Under the pieces are notes generated by a model. That model ran no database searches. It was not told the origin of the DNA and saw nothing but the letters and a program-made list of their open reading frames with translations. DNA of 59,585 nt, the filler included. It is 9 parts of 9 records of this genome, joined end to end, with 100 filler letters (N's around TTAATTAATTAA, not from the genome) between each part and the next. Parts side by side here need not be neighbours in the genome. Positions count along the whole stretch, not along the records: positions 29,501 to 34,932 come from SRR31147125_70876; positions 35,033 to 46,983 come from SRR31147125_70903; 7 more parts are not named here. One strand, written 5' to 3'. A program made the position numbers and the translations under genes. Below, one piece after another: positions 30,662 through 40,535 of this stretch (positions are counted from its first letter, which is position 1; the number at the start of each line of letters is the position of its first letter).

Positions 30662-33600
30662 TTAGTGTACGTCTATTATGCCTTTTTCTCTTGAGATGCG
30701 CAGATCGACAGTTCCCAGGTTTTCGGTCAGCTTGTAAGCTTCGCCTGTGCGTGTCCACTTGGGTGTCGTTTCATCGTTCAAATAAACGTTGATTGTCAGT
30801 TCAGCCGGAACAACTTCATCATACGGAACGTCTTCGCATTTATCACAGCTATCGCAGCAAATACGCAAAATCCAGCAGAATGGAGGACAGGAGCAGCCGC
30901 AAATATCGCAATTACTTGAGTAATGCTGGCAAACTTTTTTTGTTTTGGTAACCATAGTAGGTACACTGTAAACGAATCTGACCAGGTAGTCTCCATCACC
31001 CGGATCGAGATGTTGTACTATTTCCCAGTTTTTTCCATCGGTTGATTCAACCAGAAATTCCGGATGACCATAATCGTATTCGCCGTCTTTTACCCAGTTT
31101 GGTGTCTTGTTGTTTTTGTTGCAATCGGAAACAGGATTACCGTAGTTGCCGCCGGGTCGAATGTAATGAACATCGACATCGCCGCCTTTGGTCCATTTTG
31201 TTTCGATTCTTATGTAGTCATTTCCGATAACATCAACATCTACCTTGTCGCGATCAGGAGAAATGCGTCCGTCGTTATCTTCTACTTCAAGATAAATTTC
31301 GTATTTACCCGGATCTTTGAAAGGATAGTTTGTTTTCATTTCGGTCGAGATGATTTCGGGATCTTCCGTTGAGTCTTTAAGTTTCTGATACCAGCGGTAA
31401 GCAACAATAGTTCCATCCTGATCGTAAGAGTTCGAGGCATCGAATTCGATCGGAATACCGATAATGCCGTCTGTTTCTGTGAGATTTTTACCGTTTGTAT
31501 ATGCAATTGCTACCGGATCGTTTTGTACTGTGATTTCCACTTTGGAATCGAGAGTTTTTGAGTTTGTGGCATTTTTATCATCGGTAACAGTCAGATGAAG
31601 CGTGTACGATCCAACCTCGTTAAATTTGATTGTTGGTGTCGGGTTGCTCTCGAAGCCACCGATAACCACAAAATCTCCCGGAGCAGGTTCGGTTGGTGGA
31701 TCACCGGGGATTTCCATTTTCCATTCTCTGCTCTGAATAGTGCCATCCGGATCATATGAATCAAGCGAGTCAAATTCGATGGGTACGTCTGTCGGAACAT
31801 TGATGTTCTGAATTCCCTCTGTGGTTCCAGATGGATTTCCTTTAGGTGACTTAATCAGAGCTATCGGAGCCTTATTCAGTTTCGATCCACCTTGCAGTTT
31901 TACTCGGTAAAACGGGAAGGCCGATCCGGTGAAGCTTCCGGGAGTTTTATCGGCATCTTTGTCGGTATGCTCGAAAATAAGTTCGGCCTCTTGTGTTGTA
32001 GTGCTATTTGAAGCTGTAAATTCTACCGTAACTACCAGATATTCCGCTGATTCAACAGCATCCAGTATCCAGCCATCATCCGTTTTTTCAACGCCGTATT
32101 TTGTATCTTCTATGTTTTTGATAATGAAGCTGGAATCGCCTTCGATATTTATGGACTTGATGGTTAAAGGATTTCCTTTTTGGTGATTGCTAACATTGAA
32201 GTCGATTGTTTCCACAACGTGTTGTTCCAGTTCTCCGAAGTCATGCCCTTGCGGGAGAATGTTAAGTCGTGGATCGGTTGCCGTTCTGTTGAATTGAATT
32301 ATTTGAGCGTAATGTCCGGTTGTTGTGCATAGATTATGAGTAATGCTTGAGTTTACTGCATCCGAGCAAATAACGATTTTGCCACTTTGACTGTTTGTGT
32401 TGGTCGGTCCCCAGAAAACATCGAATGTGGTTGATTCGCCGATAGGTATTTCTTTCAGGTAATCAGTGCTTGTATCCCATTGATCATTGGATGTGTCATC
32501 AGCTCCGATAAATGAAATATGTAAAGGTGCAGTAGCATCTTTGGGGTCTGCGGTACCGTAGTTTTTGATTGTGATCGTTTCTTTTTCAAGCCAGAAAGCG
32601 CGCTCGTCCTCTGTCCAGTCCGTAATCGGAGTGGGAGTGTCCATGTGTCTCATCTGCACATCTTTAAATGTGTCAGTGTCATCATATTCCACGCTTATTT
32701 TGGAAGCCAGGGCGCAGGCCGAGATTTTAACATCGAAAGGAATATTGTTTTGGGAATCACCGATGGAAAACCTCAATGTTGCCGGTAAATCAGGAATTTC
32801 TTCATATGGCGTGAAGCTGATTTTCAAAGTTTTGGAAGTTTCCGTTCCATCAGGCAGCTTGAAAGGAATAGTCGGTTTTTCGGTGATGGCGAATTCTGTT
32901 GTATTCTGGATTAGATATACGTCTCTTATGTTGACTTCGCCTGTTCCTTCGTATGAAATGGTTACAGGTAATTCTGATGTTTCACCAACCTGCCAACAAC
33001 CGAAATTCAAATATCCGGGTGATATACTAAGTGATGGTGGGATTCCTGTGCCGGTAACGGTAATTTTATGAAGCGGTTCCTCATTTGAATTTGACGAGAT
33101 GAAAATCTGATCTTCATAGATTTTGATTTTTTCCGGTTTGAATTTGACGGCAACAGTTGTTTCCTTGTCAGGTTCAAGCGTTGCCGGAATATTGTCTTTG
33201 CTGTCATTGTCAGGATCAAGAACAATCTCGAAATCCGAAGCTCGACTTGCGCCGAAATCAACCGTTGTAACTTCAAGATCAACCCCGCCTGTATTTTTAA
33301 GCGTGATTAATTGTTCTACTTCATTCCCAAGAGGAACAGGTCCGTAGTCGATATTTTTGGGTGTGATTTCAAGCATTGGCACGGCACCGGTCACGTTGAC
33401 TTGTACAGCGTGCGGATATTCTTTTGCCGGATCGTTATGGAAGAGTAAAATGGACCCGCTTATCAGTCCGGCTTCCGATGGTGTTGCATCTATCGGAACA
33501 TCAAAGCTGTTTTCAGGTTCTATCTCGATGGCTTTTTCTTTAATACCTAGCGCGTCTTTATCGAAGGTGAAATCGGCATTGGTTGATAGAATCTGAATAT

Positions 33601-34453
33601 CGGTTATTTTCAGGGTTCCACCGCTGTTTTTCGGAGCCATGTTCCAGATGCTTAGGATTTGCTGTGTTCCTTTTTCGCCAATCGGAACTTCACCGAATTC
33701 TACAATCAGAGGATCGGAGGACAGATCCACGATTCCCTTTGATTCGGAAATCATCTCTATCGTTCTTTCAGCAAACAATACGTCGTTGCTCTCGAATGTT
33801 ATACTTGATATCGCATCGCCTTCTTTTTTACGAACGAATTTAAGCTCGATTGCAAGTTGTTCTTCAGGCTGCATATCGAGTGGAGTGTCCACCGGAGCTA
33901 CAAAGCTGAAATCACCGAAGTTTGTTTCTCCATTATCATCGAGATCGATTGCAGTAATTTTCAATTTTTGATTTCCGGTGTTTTTTATTAGCAGCTTTCT
34001 TTTAGATTCAGCGTGATTGGCTACCGAACCGAAATCGAGCATAATCGGGAAAATGGTCAGGATAGGGCCATCCGGAATGGTGGATTCATTGTCAGCGTTT
34101 TCTTTATCTATCGTTTCGTATTCAAGCTCTATGTCACCATCAATGCTTGGGCGATCCACGCATTTTTGATTTTGGCAGTATTTTGTAGAAGGGCAATCTG
34201 AGTTGACACTGCATTCCGGTTTTTCTTTTTCTACATCATCCTCTACAGTGTCACCATCTGCTGAAGGTGGAAACTGACATGTATTATCGAGACAAATAAG
34301 TCCCTGATTGCAGGAACCGTTTACTCTGCATGGACCTCCATATTGTCCGGTTTTATCTGTTTCGTCACCGTCGGCATCGGCAGAGTCTTCAGCAGAACAG
34401 GCAAAAAGAGTCAAAAAGAGAATCAAGATAGCTGGAATAATGCGCTTGTGCAT
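30662..34453 (-). CDS. Large surface lipoprotein: Cys-rich N-terminus, about 6 ASH/choice-of-anchor-D Ig-like domains, 2 PKD domains, C-terminal domain with a Cys-rich insert
   Basis: Lipobox LFAC; repeated DFG.V..I.N.G..L.I motifs; PKD FDASNSYDQDGTIVAYRW and G.Y.I.L.V.DN.G; WTKGGDVDVHY. Confidence 0.8.
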   Translation of the reverse strand: MHKRIIPAILILFLTLFACSAEDSADADGDETDKTGQYGGPCRVNGSCNQGLICLDNTCQFPPSADGDTVEDDVEKEKPECSVNSDCPSTKYCQNQKCVDRPSIDGDIELEYETIDKENADNESTIPDGPILTIFPIMLDFGSVANHAESKRKLLIKNTGNQKLKITAIDLDDNGETNFGDFSFVAPVDTPLDMQPEEQLAIELKFVRKKEGDAISSITFESNDVLFAERTIEMISESKGIVDLSSDPLIVEFGEVPIGEKGTQQILSIWNMAPKNSGGTLKITDIQILSTNADFTFDKDALGIKEKAIEIEPENSFDVPIDATPSEAGLISGSILLFHNDPAKEYPHAVQVNVTGAVPMLEITPKNIDYGPVPLGNEVEQLITLKNTGGVDLEVTTVDFGASRASDFEIVLDPDNDSKDNIPATLEPDKETTVAVKFKPEKIKIYEDQIFISSNSNEEPLHKITVTGTGIPPSLSISPGYLNFGCWQVGETSELPVTISYEGTGEVNIRDVYLIQNTTEFAITEKPTIPFKLPDGTETSKTLKISFTPYEEIPDLPATLRFSIGDSQNNIPFDVKISACALASKISVEYDDTDTFKDVQMRHMDTPTPITDWTEDERAFWLEKETITIKNYGTADPKDATAPLHISFIGADDTSNDQWDTSTDYLKEIPIGESTTFDVFWGPTNTNSQSGKIVICSDAVNSSITHNLCTTTGHYAQIIQFNRTATDPRLNILPQGHDFGELEQHVVETIDFNVSNHQKGNPLTIKSINIEGDSSFIIKNIEDTKYGVEKTDDGWILDAVESAEYLVVTVEFTASNSTTTQEAELIFEHTDKDADKTPGSFTGSAFPFYRVKLQGGSKLNKAPIALIKSPKGNPSGTTEGIQNINVPTDVPIEFDSLDSYDPDGTIQSREWKMEIPGDPPTEPAPGDFVVIGGFESNPTPTIKFNEVGSYTLHLTVTDDKNATNSKTLDSKVEITVQNDPVAIAYTNGKNLTETDGIIGIPIEFDASNSYDQDGTIVAYRWYQKLKDSTEDPEIISTEMKTNYPFKDPGKYEIYLEVEDNDGRISPDRDKVDVDVIGNDYIRIETKWTKGGDVDVHYIRPGGNYGNPVSDCNKNNKTPNWVKDGEYDYGHPEFLVESTDGKNWEIVQHLDPGDGDYLVRFVYSVPTMVTKTKKVCQHYSSNCDICGCSCPPFCWILRICCDSCDKCEDVPYDEVVPAELTINVYLNDETTPKWTRTGEAYKLTENLGTVDLRISREKGIIDVH

Positions 34454-34932
34454 ACTGCCCTCCTGTTGGGCGAAAAATCAATGTGTTATGGCGATTCCTA
34501 AATATATAGATAACTTCTCAGGGCATTTATTCACAACACGGCAAATCCCTGAGTTTTAAATAATAACCTATTTATGTAGCTCACGTCAAGGAGACGAAAA
34601 TTCAAGCCTCAAACAATAATCGCTTTCAAGACAACGTGGCTTTTCAGACAGTAAATTCCATCAAGCAAGTGTCAACTTTTCAGTACTGTAATAACATCTG
34701 CAATATCAACGACTTGCCCGTTTCAGCCCCATTTCAAGGGCATCCGAGCGATTTTCGATGTTTTTTGTGGATAACTCGAAATCATTATTATTTTCAGTAT
34801 CTTAAAGAGCCAAATCGCACACTGATGTTTCCGAAATCACTCAAACCCCGCAAAAATTTCATAGCCCTATGACACAAATGACCGAAAGTGTAAGCTGCTT
34901 TATATCGATCTGATATCCGCTCTTTTGCCTGG

Positions 34933-35032
34933 NNNNNNNNNNNNNNNNNNNNNNNNNNNNNNNNNNNNNNNNNNNNTTAATTAATTAANNNNNNNNNNNN
35001 NNNNNNNNNNNNNNNNNNNNNNNNNNNNNNNN
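34933..35032. other. Artificial contig spacer
   Basis: N44-TTAATTAATTAA-N44. Confidence 0.98.
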
Positions 35033-35149
35033 AAACTCTGCGTTGCGTATGGAAATTTTATCTCGAAATATCAACTATATTTTTACGGTAAGATTCCTGT
35101 GCGTGCCTTGCTCTTGAACCAAGATCAGAATTTTTCAAAGGAGCCTCTA
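35033..35149. mobile_element. Truncated MITE-like palindromic element
   Basis: Long imperfect hairpin (GCGTATGGAAATTTTATC / GGTAAGATTCCTGTGCGT) and an IS-like end TTTTTCAAAGGAGCCTCTA; lies at the contig break and overlaps the TAG stop of the adjacent gene. Confidence 0.5.
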
Positions 35150-36013
35150 ATGCGCACGGAACTGTTTGTTCTTGAACAGCTTCCCGCTCACGATGGTCAG
35201 CAGGATCGCGAACAGGGCCGCCGCGATGCCGAGCAGCACGTTGTAGAATGGCGGGGCGGCAAGCGCGATGCGGATGATCATCGTCGACAGCGCGAACCCT
35301 GAATTCCTGAATACAGCGTAGAAGCCCGGCTGGAAACACTGCGAGATGAGCACAACCAGTACGTCGGTGAGGATCAGCAGGGTGTAGAAGTCGTAGAGGA
35401 AATCAGTATGCTCGATTCCGCTGATCGTCAGCCATACGCTGCGCAGCCCCATGTAGGCAAAGGCGGCGAGCAGGAGCAGCGCGATGCCTTTCTTGGCGGC
35501 CACGAAGCTGAACAGATCGCTGGCCTGCATCGACTCCTCCGGGGCTTTCTTGTCCTGGATCAGGTAGTAGACGCCGAGCAGCGCAAATATCACCAGCGCC
35601 CCGAAGCCATCGGTGATGATCCTGAGCACCGCCTCCTCGTTGCCCGAGAAGCTGATCGGCTCGGGAAAGTAGGAGAGTTCCTTGAACGCGTTGCGCAGGA
35701 GGATCAGCGCCAGCAGCTCGAACTGCTTGCCCACCGATCGTGAAAACGAGCAGGGGAGCGTGAAGATCAGGCTGATCACCTCGAGGATCAGCACCACGGT
35801 GAAGGCCATCTCGATTGCTGAAAAGTGACTGCGCGGGATGAACTCGCCGAGCGCCCCGCCGATCAGTCCGAGCCGTTTCAGCTCGATAGACAGCAGCCCG
35901 ACGAGAAAGAACACGACGAGGAACAGCGATATCTTGCGGTGCAGCTTCTCGTGCTCCCACAGGTGATGCAGCGGGTCGAAGCAGTACGTGATTTTTTCGA
36001 AAATAAAATTCAT
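35147..36013 (-). CDS. Hypothetical multi-pass membrane protein
   Basis: 288 aa with about 8 hydrophobic helices; GC-rich coding pattern like its neighbours. Confidence 0.75.
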   Translation of the reverse strand: MNFIFEKITYCFDPLHHLWEHEKLHRKISLFLVVFFLVGLLSIELKRLGLIGGALGEFIPRSHFSAIEMAFTVVLILEVISLIFTLPCSFSRSVGKQFELLALILLRNAFKELSYFPEPISFSGNEEAVLRIITDGFGALVIFALLGVYYLIQDKKAPEESMQASDLFSFVAAKKGIALLLLAAFAYMGLRSVWLTISGIEHTDFLYDFYTLLILTDVLVVLISQCFQPGFYAVFRNSGFALSTMIIRIALAAPPFYNVLLGIAAALFAILLTIVSGKLFKNKQFRAH

Positions 36014-36239
36014 ATGAGTTGTTTCGTCATGTGGTGATCCGCTGTGAACGTTTTCTCCGGTAAGCGGGGAAGGTCTTTACTTAATGTATTATTTCCCGTC
36101 TGTCCAGAGGGGTGGTTCCGGGTTTTTCGCAGTCCTGCAATGCATTTCCGCGCCACGAGTACGCACCGGAGCGAATGTGCGGACGTGGACAAGGGGAAAT
36201 CACACCGCGTCTCACCAGGGGGAGACACGGCAGTCCCCG

Positions 36240-38507
36240 TTAAATGGGGCGGGGGTCGGAGAGGATCTTGTGGATCACTTCCATGAAGACGTCGGTCTCT
36301 ATCGGTTTGGACAGGTAGCCGTTCATGCCCGCAGCGTAACAGCGCTCCCGGTCTTCCTGCATTGCGTGGGCGGTCATCGCGATGATCGGAATGGTGGCGG
36401 TCTGTTCGTCGGCGTGCTCCCTGATCGCCCGTGCCGTGTCGAAGCCGTTCATGTTGGGCATCTGGATGTCCATCAGCACGAGGTCGTAGCGCTGCTGCGC
36501 CAGTTCCTCGATCACCTCCCGGCCGCTGATCACCGCGGTTACCTCCCAGCCCCTGCGCTCGAGCAGCGCCACTGCGATGGTCTGGCTTATGCGGTCGTCC
36601 TCGGCGAGCAGGATGCGGTAACACCGTTCCGGCCCGTAGTCCGTGGCCTCCGGTTTGGACCCGGCGAACCGCATTGCCGGCGATTGCATCGGAACCGGGG
36701 TCTCGAGCGGGATCGTAAAGTGAAAGCAGCTGCCCTTGTCCATCTCGGACTCGAGCCAGATCCGGCCCTTCATCAGGTCGATGAGCTGGGTCGTGATGAC
36801 CAGGCCGAGCCCGGTCCCCTGGAAATCTCTGTCGTCGATCTGCTCGGCCTGCTCGTACGCAGCGAAGATCCGCTCCTGCTGGTCCGGAGGGATGCCGATG
36901 CCGGTGTCCGTAATCGAGAAGTGCAGCGATATCCGGTTGCCGTCCAGCACGGCGTTGTCCGTGTCACGTTTCACACTGAGCCTGATCTCGCCGTTTTCGG
37001 TGAACTTGATCGCGTTGCCGATCAGGTTCAGCACGATCTGACAGAGGTGTCCCGGGTCCCCCACCAGCAGCTCGGGCACGTCGTTCTCGATATCCGAGTT
37101 CAGCTCGATATTCTTCTCGGCTGCCTGCACCCGCAGGAGGCTCAGCGGGTCTGCCAGCGTGTCGCGCAGGCGGAAGCTCGAGCGGTGCATTCGCATCTTG
37201 CCCGCCTCGATCTTGGACATGTCGAGGATATCGTTGACGAGATCGAGCAGTCGGTTCGACGAAGTTTTTACCATCTCGACGTAGGCGTACTGCTGCGAAT
37301 CGAGCTGCGTGTCGAGCAGGAGGCTGGTGATGCCGATGATCCCGTTCATCGGCGTCCTGATCTCGTGGCTCATGTTGGCTAAAAACGTAGACTTGTTGTG
37401 TTTCTCGACCTCCGCTTTCTCCTTGGCCTCGCGCAGACCGACGATGCGTTTCATACGTGACAGCGTATCGCCGACGTGGCGGGCCACGTAGATCAACAGG
37501 TGCTTGTCCTTCTCGGTATAGAAAAAGTCGTCGTAACTCTGCACGACCACCGCGCCGAGGATCTGGCCGTCGTGAAACGGCGCGCCGAGCCAGGAGGACG
37601 GCTTCGCCCCGAGGTAGGTAATGTCGTTTGTCTCGCAGATCTCGTCGAAGTTCTCCGGGCCGGCGAGCAGTGGCAGCCGACTCTCGATAACGTGGGCTGT
37701 GAGGGTCCGCTTCTCGCCCGGCTTCAGCGTCAGTTCCCTGCCCTGGAAATGGGAGTCGTGGGTGTCAACGTAGTAGGGAAAGCGGAGGACGGTGTCGTCA
37801 CCGACCCGCTCACTCTGGGCGATGAAGAAGTTCTTCGCGGAGATCAGTCGGCCGACGATCGTGTGCAGCGTCTGGTAGAGCTCCTCCATGGATTCGGCGG
37901 AGTGGGCGGCCTCGCTGATCTCGTAGAGCGACGACTGCAGCACCTCGCCGTACTCGAGTTCGCTGATGCGCGAGTAGAGATCGCCGGTGGTACCGAGGTT
38001 CCTGAAGTGCGAGGCGATAACCGCGGCCAGCGTGCCGAACCCATTCACGTATTCGGAGCCGAAGAACCCGGCGGTTTCGTGGCCGCTGTAGAGCAGCCCG
38101 CAGAGCGAGTCATCGTGGATCACCGGAGTAATCAGGTGGGAGCTGTTGCCGGTCCCCGCGAGTACCGGCATGGAGACGTCCGGGGCGTTGAAAATCACCG
38201 GTTTGCCGGTTTCGATCACGTGGCTGATATGCAGTTCGTCGAGCTCGAAGAACGGTGGAACCCGGATGGAGTCGGAATCCGGGATATCCCTGAACCCGGC
38301 CGACGGCGGCAGCAGCATGGACTGCCCCGGGTAGGCCAGGTAAAAATCGTTGGACGTGTTGACCATCTCCGAAAAGATTACCTGGTGCAGGATCAGGCTC
38401 ACCTGGGCAGGGTTTGCGGCGTCCCGAAGCGCGCAGGTCAGTGCATTGATCAGGTGCAGGAAATCCTCTTTATTCTGGGAAAGTGACGGGTACGGCCTGG
38501 TCATCAT
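36240..38507 (-). CDS. Hybrid sensor histidine kinase (2 GAF, HisKA, HATPase, REC)
   Basis: [70 protein letters not shown]. Confidence 0.93.
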   Translation of the reverse strand: MMTRPYPSLSQNKEDFLHLINALTCALRDAANPAQVSLILHQVIFSEMVNTSNDFYLAYPGQSMLLPPSAGFRDIPDSDSIRVPPFFELDELHISHVIETGKPVIFNAPDVSMPVLAGTGNSSHLITPVIHDDSLCGLLYSGHETAGFFGSEYVNGFGTLAAVIASHFRNLGTTGDLYSRISELEYGEVLQSSLYEISEAAHSAESMEELYQTLHTIVGRLISAKNFFIAQSERVGDDTVLRFPYYVDTHDSHFQGRELTLKPGEKRTLTAHVIESRLPLLAGPENFDEICETNDITYLGAKPSSWLGAPFHDGQILGAVVVQSYDDFFYTEKDKHLLIYVARHVGDTLSRMKRIVGLREAKEKAEVEKHNKSTFLANMSHEIRTPMNGIIGITSLLLDTQLDSQQYAYVEMVKTSSNRLLDLVNDILDMSKIEAGKMRMHRSSFRLRDTLADPLSLLRVQAAEKNIELNSDIENDVPELLVGDPGHLCQIVLNLIGNAIKFTENGEIRLSVKRDTDNAVLDGNRISLHFSITDTGIGIPPDQQERIFAAYEQAEQIDDRDFQGTGLGLVITTQLIDLMKGRIWLESEMDKGSCFHFTIPLETPVPMQSPAMRFAGSKPEATDYGPERCYRILLAEDDRISQTIAVALLERRGWEVTAVISGREVIEELAQQRYDLVLMDIQMPNMNGFDTARAIREHADEQTATIPIIAMTAHAMQEDRERCYAAGMNGYLSKPIETDVFMEVIHKILSDPRPI

Positions 38508-38730
38508 TGCACGCTCTTGAGATATCTGCTCTAACTTCGCTAAGTTGCTATAATATCGTTAAAATAAAGAAACGATACAGTGTTATGGTATCAAAAATAA
38601 CTAACAGTATTCAAGGCCGGGAAGAAAAAAAATCGGAGAAATGTCACAAATCATTTGAAACATTTACGAAATAATTCACAATGGGGACTGCCCAACGGAA
38701 GCTTATGGAAAGAATGTACGGGAGACAGAC

Positions 38731-39594
38731 ATGGAAACAATGACGGAACGAGAGATCATCTCCCGGCTGCGGGTAGGCGAGTGCTTTGCTGCGGAGGTCG
38801 ACACCGGTTCTTTTCAGATCGTCGTGCGGAGCTATTCGCCGGTTGTTGCAACCGCGATCCACGACGGCCACCGGGTGGTCGATGATTTCGCCGCGAAGAT
38901 GCTTGTGAGTGAGGCCCAGCGTCAATTCGAGGAAGACCCGCACACCGGCGCACTCGCCGAGACGCTGGATGTTTCGATCACGGTGCGGGACTCGCGCTAT
39001 TGCGGGGACCTCAACCGCACTGAGGAGCACTGTATCTACGACGAGGCCTGGGGTCTGAAGGTGTGGAAGGAGCCCCTTGGTGACGCTTACCGCCGGCGCC
39101 TGCTGGAGAATCACCGGACCTACTACCGCGTACTCGACGCGCTGCTCACCGAGCTGCGGGCCCGCTTCGGCACGGTGCTGCTCTTTGATCTGCACTCCTA
39201 TAACTACGAACGCCTCGACGGCTCGCCGCCGCTGTTCAACATCGGCACACACTTTATAGACATGGACCGGTTCGGTGGGGATATCGACCACCTGCTCGGC
39301 GGACTCGAGGCGATCGAGCTGCCGGGCTGTGAAAACCGGGCCGTGCTGGATGAGGTGTTCGTCGGGCGCGGCTACCAGGCCGAGTTCGTTCATCAGACCC
39401 ATCCCGATGTGCTCTGCGTGCCGCTGGAGCTGAAGAAGGTGTTCATGAGCGCGCACGATTTTGCAATCAAACAGGACATCTACGAACCGCTGTTCGCGGG
39501 GATCGAGAAGGTGCTGGCGGCGAGCGCGGCGTTCTTTGCCGCACGCGGCGGGGCCGAAGCCCGAGCTGCCGGAGGACACGATGCACGTAATTAA
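38731..39594 (+). CDS. N-formylglutamate amidohydrolase family protein
   Basis: ATAIHDGH, FEEDPHT, SRY..DLNR, DLHSYN, FNIGT, LELKKVFM. Confidence 0.8.
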   Translation: METMTEREIISRLRVGECFAAEVDTGSFQIVVRSYSPVVATAIHDGHRVVDDFAAKMLVSEAQRQFEEDPHTGALAETLDVSITVRDSRYCGDLNRTEEHCIYDEAWGLKVWKEPLGDAYRRRLLENHRTYYRVLDALLTELRARFGTVLLFDLHSYNYERLDGSPPLFNIGTHFIDMDRFGGDIDHLLGGLEAIELPGCENRAVLDEVFVGRGYQAEFVHQTHPDVLCVPLELKKVFMSAHDFAIKQDIYEPLFAGIEKVLAASAAFFAARGGAEARAAGGHDARN

Positions 39595-40390
39595 TACACG
39601 CGACGACGCACACGACGACGGTCTCCTCACCGAGGCGGCTGCACGGCTGAAGGATTCAGCGAAGACGGTCGCACTCACCGGCGCGGGCATATCGGTGGGC
39701 AGCGGCATCCCGGATTTCCGGAGTGCCGGCGGGCTGTGGTCGGTCTACTCCCCCGACGAGTATGCGACGATCGACGTGTTCCTGGCCAACCCGGAGAAGG
39801 CGTGGGAACTCTACCGAGCGCTGGGCAATACGCTGCTCGGCAAGCAGTCCAACCCGGCACACCGGGCGCTGGCGGAGCTGGAGACGGCGAGGCTGCTGTC
39901 CGGCATTGTCACCCAGAATATCGACAACCTGCACCAGCAGGCCGGCAGCGACGTGGTGCTCGAGATCCACGGTGATCACCAGCATCTGCAGTGTCTGCAG
40001 TGCCACCACCTCGAGACGGTGGAGCCGGCTCACTACGATGACGGTGCCGTGCCGCGCTGCCCTGTCTGCGGGGCGTGCCTGAAACCCAACATCGTGCTGT
40101 TTGGCGAGGCGGTCCGCAGCCTTGGGGAGATCGAGGAACTGATTTCCGACTGCGAGGTGCTCATGGTGATCGGCACTTCAGCCCAGGTCTACCCGGCGGC
40201 CGGTCTGCCGGCGGCGGTGAAGCAGCGGGGCGGCACGGTCTTCGAGTTCAACCGTGAGCAGGCGCTGGGCCGGGGCGGCTACGGCGGGATCGGAGGGATC
40301 AGCGCGATTACCGACTGGTTCTTCGAGGGCGACGTGGTCGAGACCCTGCCAATGCTGCTCGACGTGCTGTCGGCGGGGCGGGGCGGATGA
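39581..40390 (+). CDS. cobB: Sir2/CobB-family NAD-dependent deacylase
   Basis: GGAGG and ATG at 39581; GAGISVGSGIPDFR, TQNIDNLH, HG, CxxC..CxxC, KPNIVLFGE, GTS. Confidence 0.92.
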   Translation: MHVINTRDDAHDDGLLTEAAARLKDSAKTVALTGAGISVGSGIPDFRSAGGLWSVYSPDEYATIDVFLANPEKAWELYRALGNTLLGKQSNPAHRALAELETARLLSGIVTQNIDNLHQQAGSDVVLEIHGDHQHLQCLQCHHLETVEPAHYDDGAVPRCPVCGACLKPNIVLFGEAVRSLGEIEELISDCEVLMVIGTSAQVYPAAGLPAAVKQRGGTVFEFNREQALGRGGYGGIGGISAITDWFFEGDVVETLPMLLDVLSAGRGG

Positions 40391-40535
40391 GTGTGCTTGG
40401 GGAGTTGAGGTACCACGAAGGGCCCCGGGCCTGTTCCGCAGGATGGTTTATCTGCTGTGCACCTGGTCGCGATACCGATCCTGCCAAAGAGGTCCCGCTG
40501 ACTCGCCATGAGGCTGTACGGTCAGGAGGCAGCCA

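Noticed and set aside
36084..38486. Long plus-strand ORFs (432 and 336 aa) and similar antisense or overlapping ORFs throughout the GC-rich contigs
   Set aside because: They are shadow frames of well-supported genes in high-GC DNA and show no recognisable motifs.
39581..40390. Sirtuin as an anti-phage (Thoeris/DSR-type) SIR2 effector
   Set aside because: It has the Zn-binding CxxC pairs and size of a housekeeping CobB deacylase, and no defence partners are nearby.
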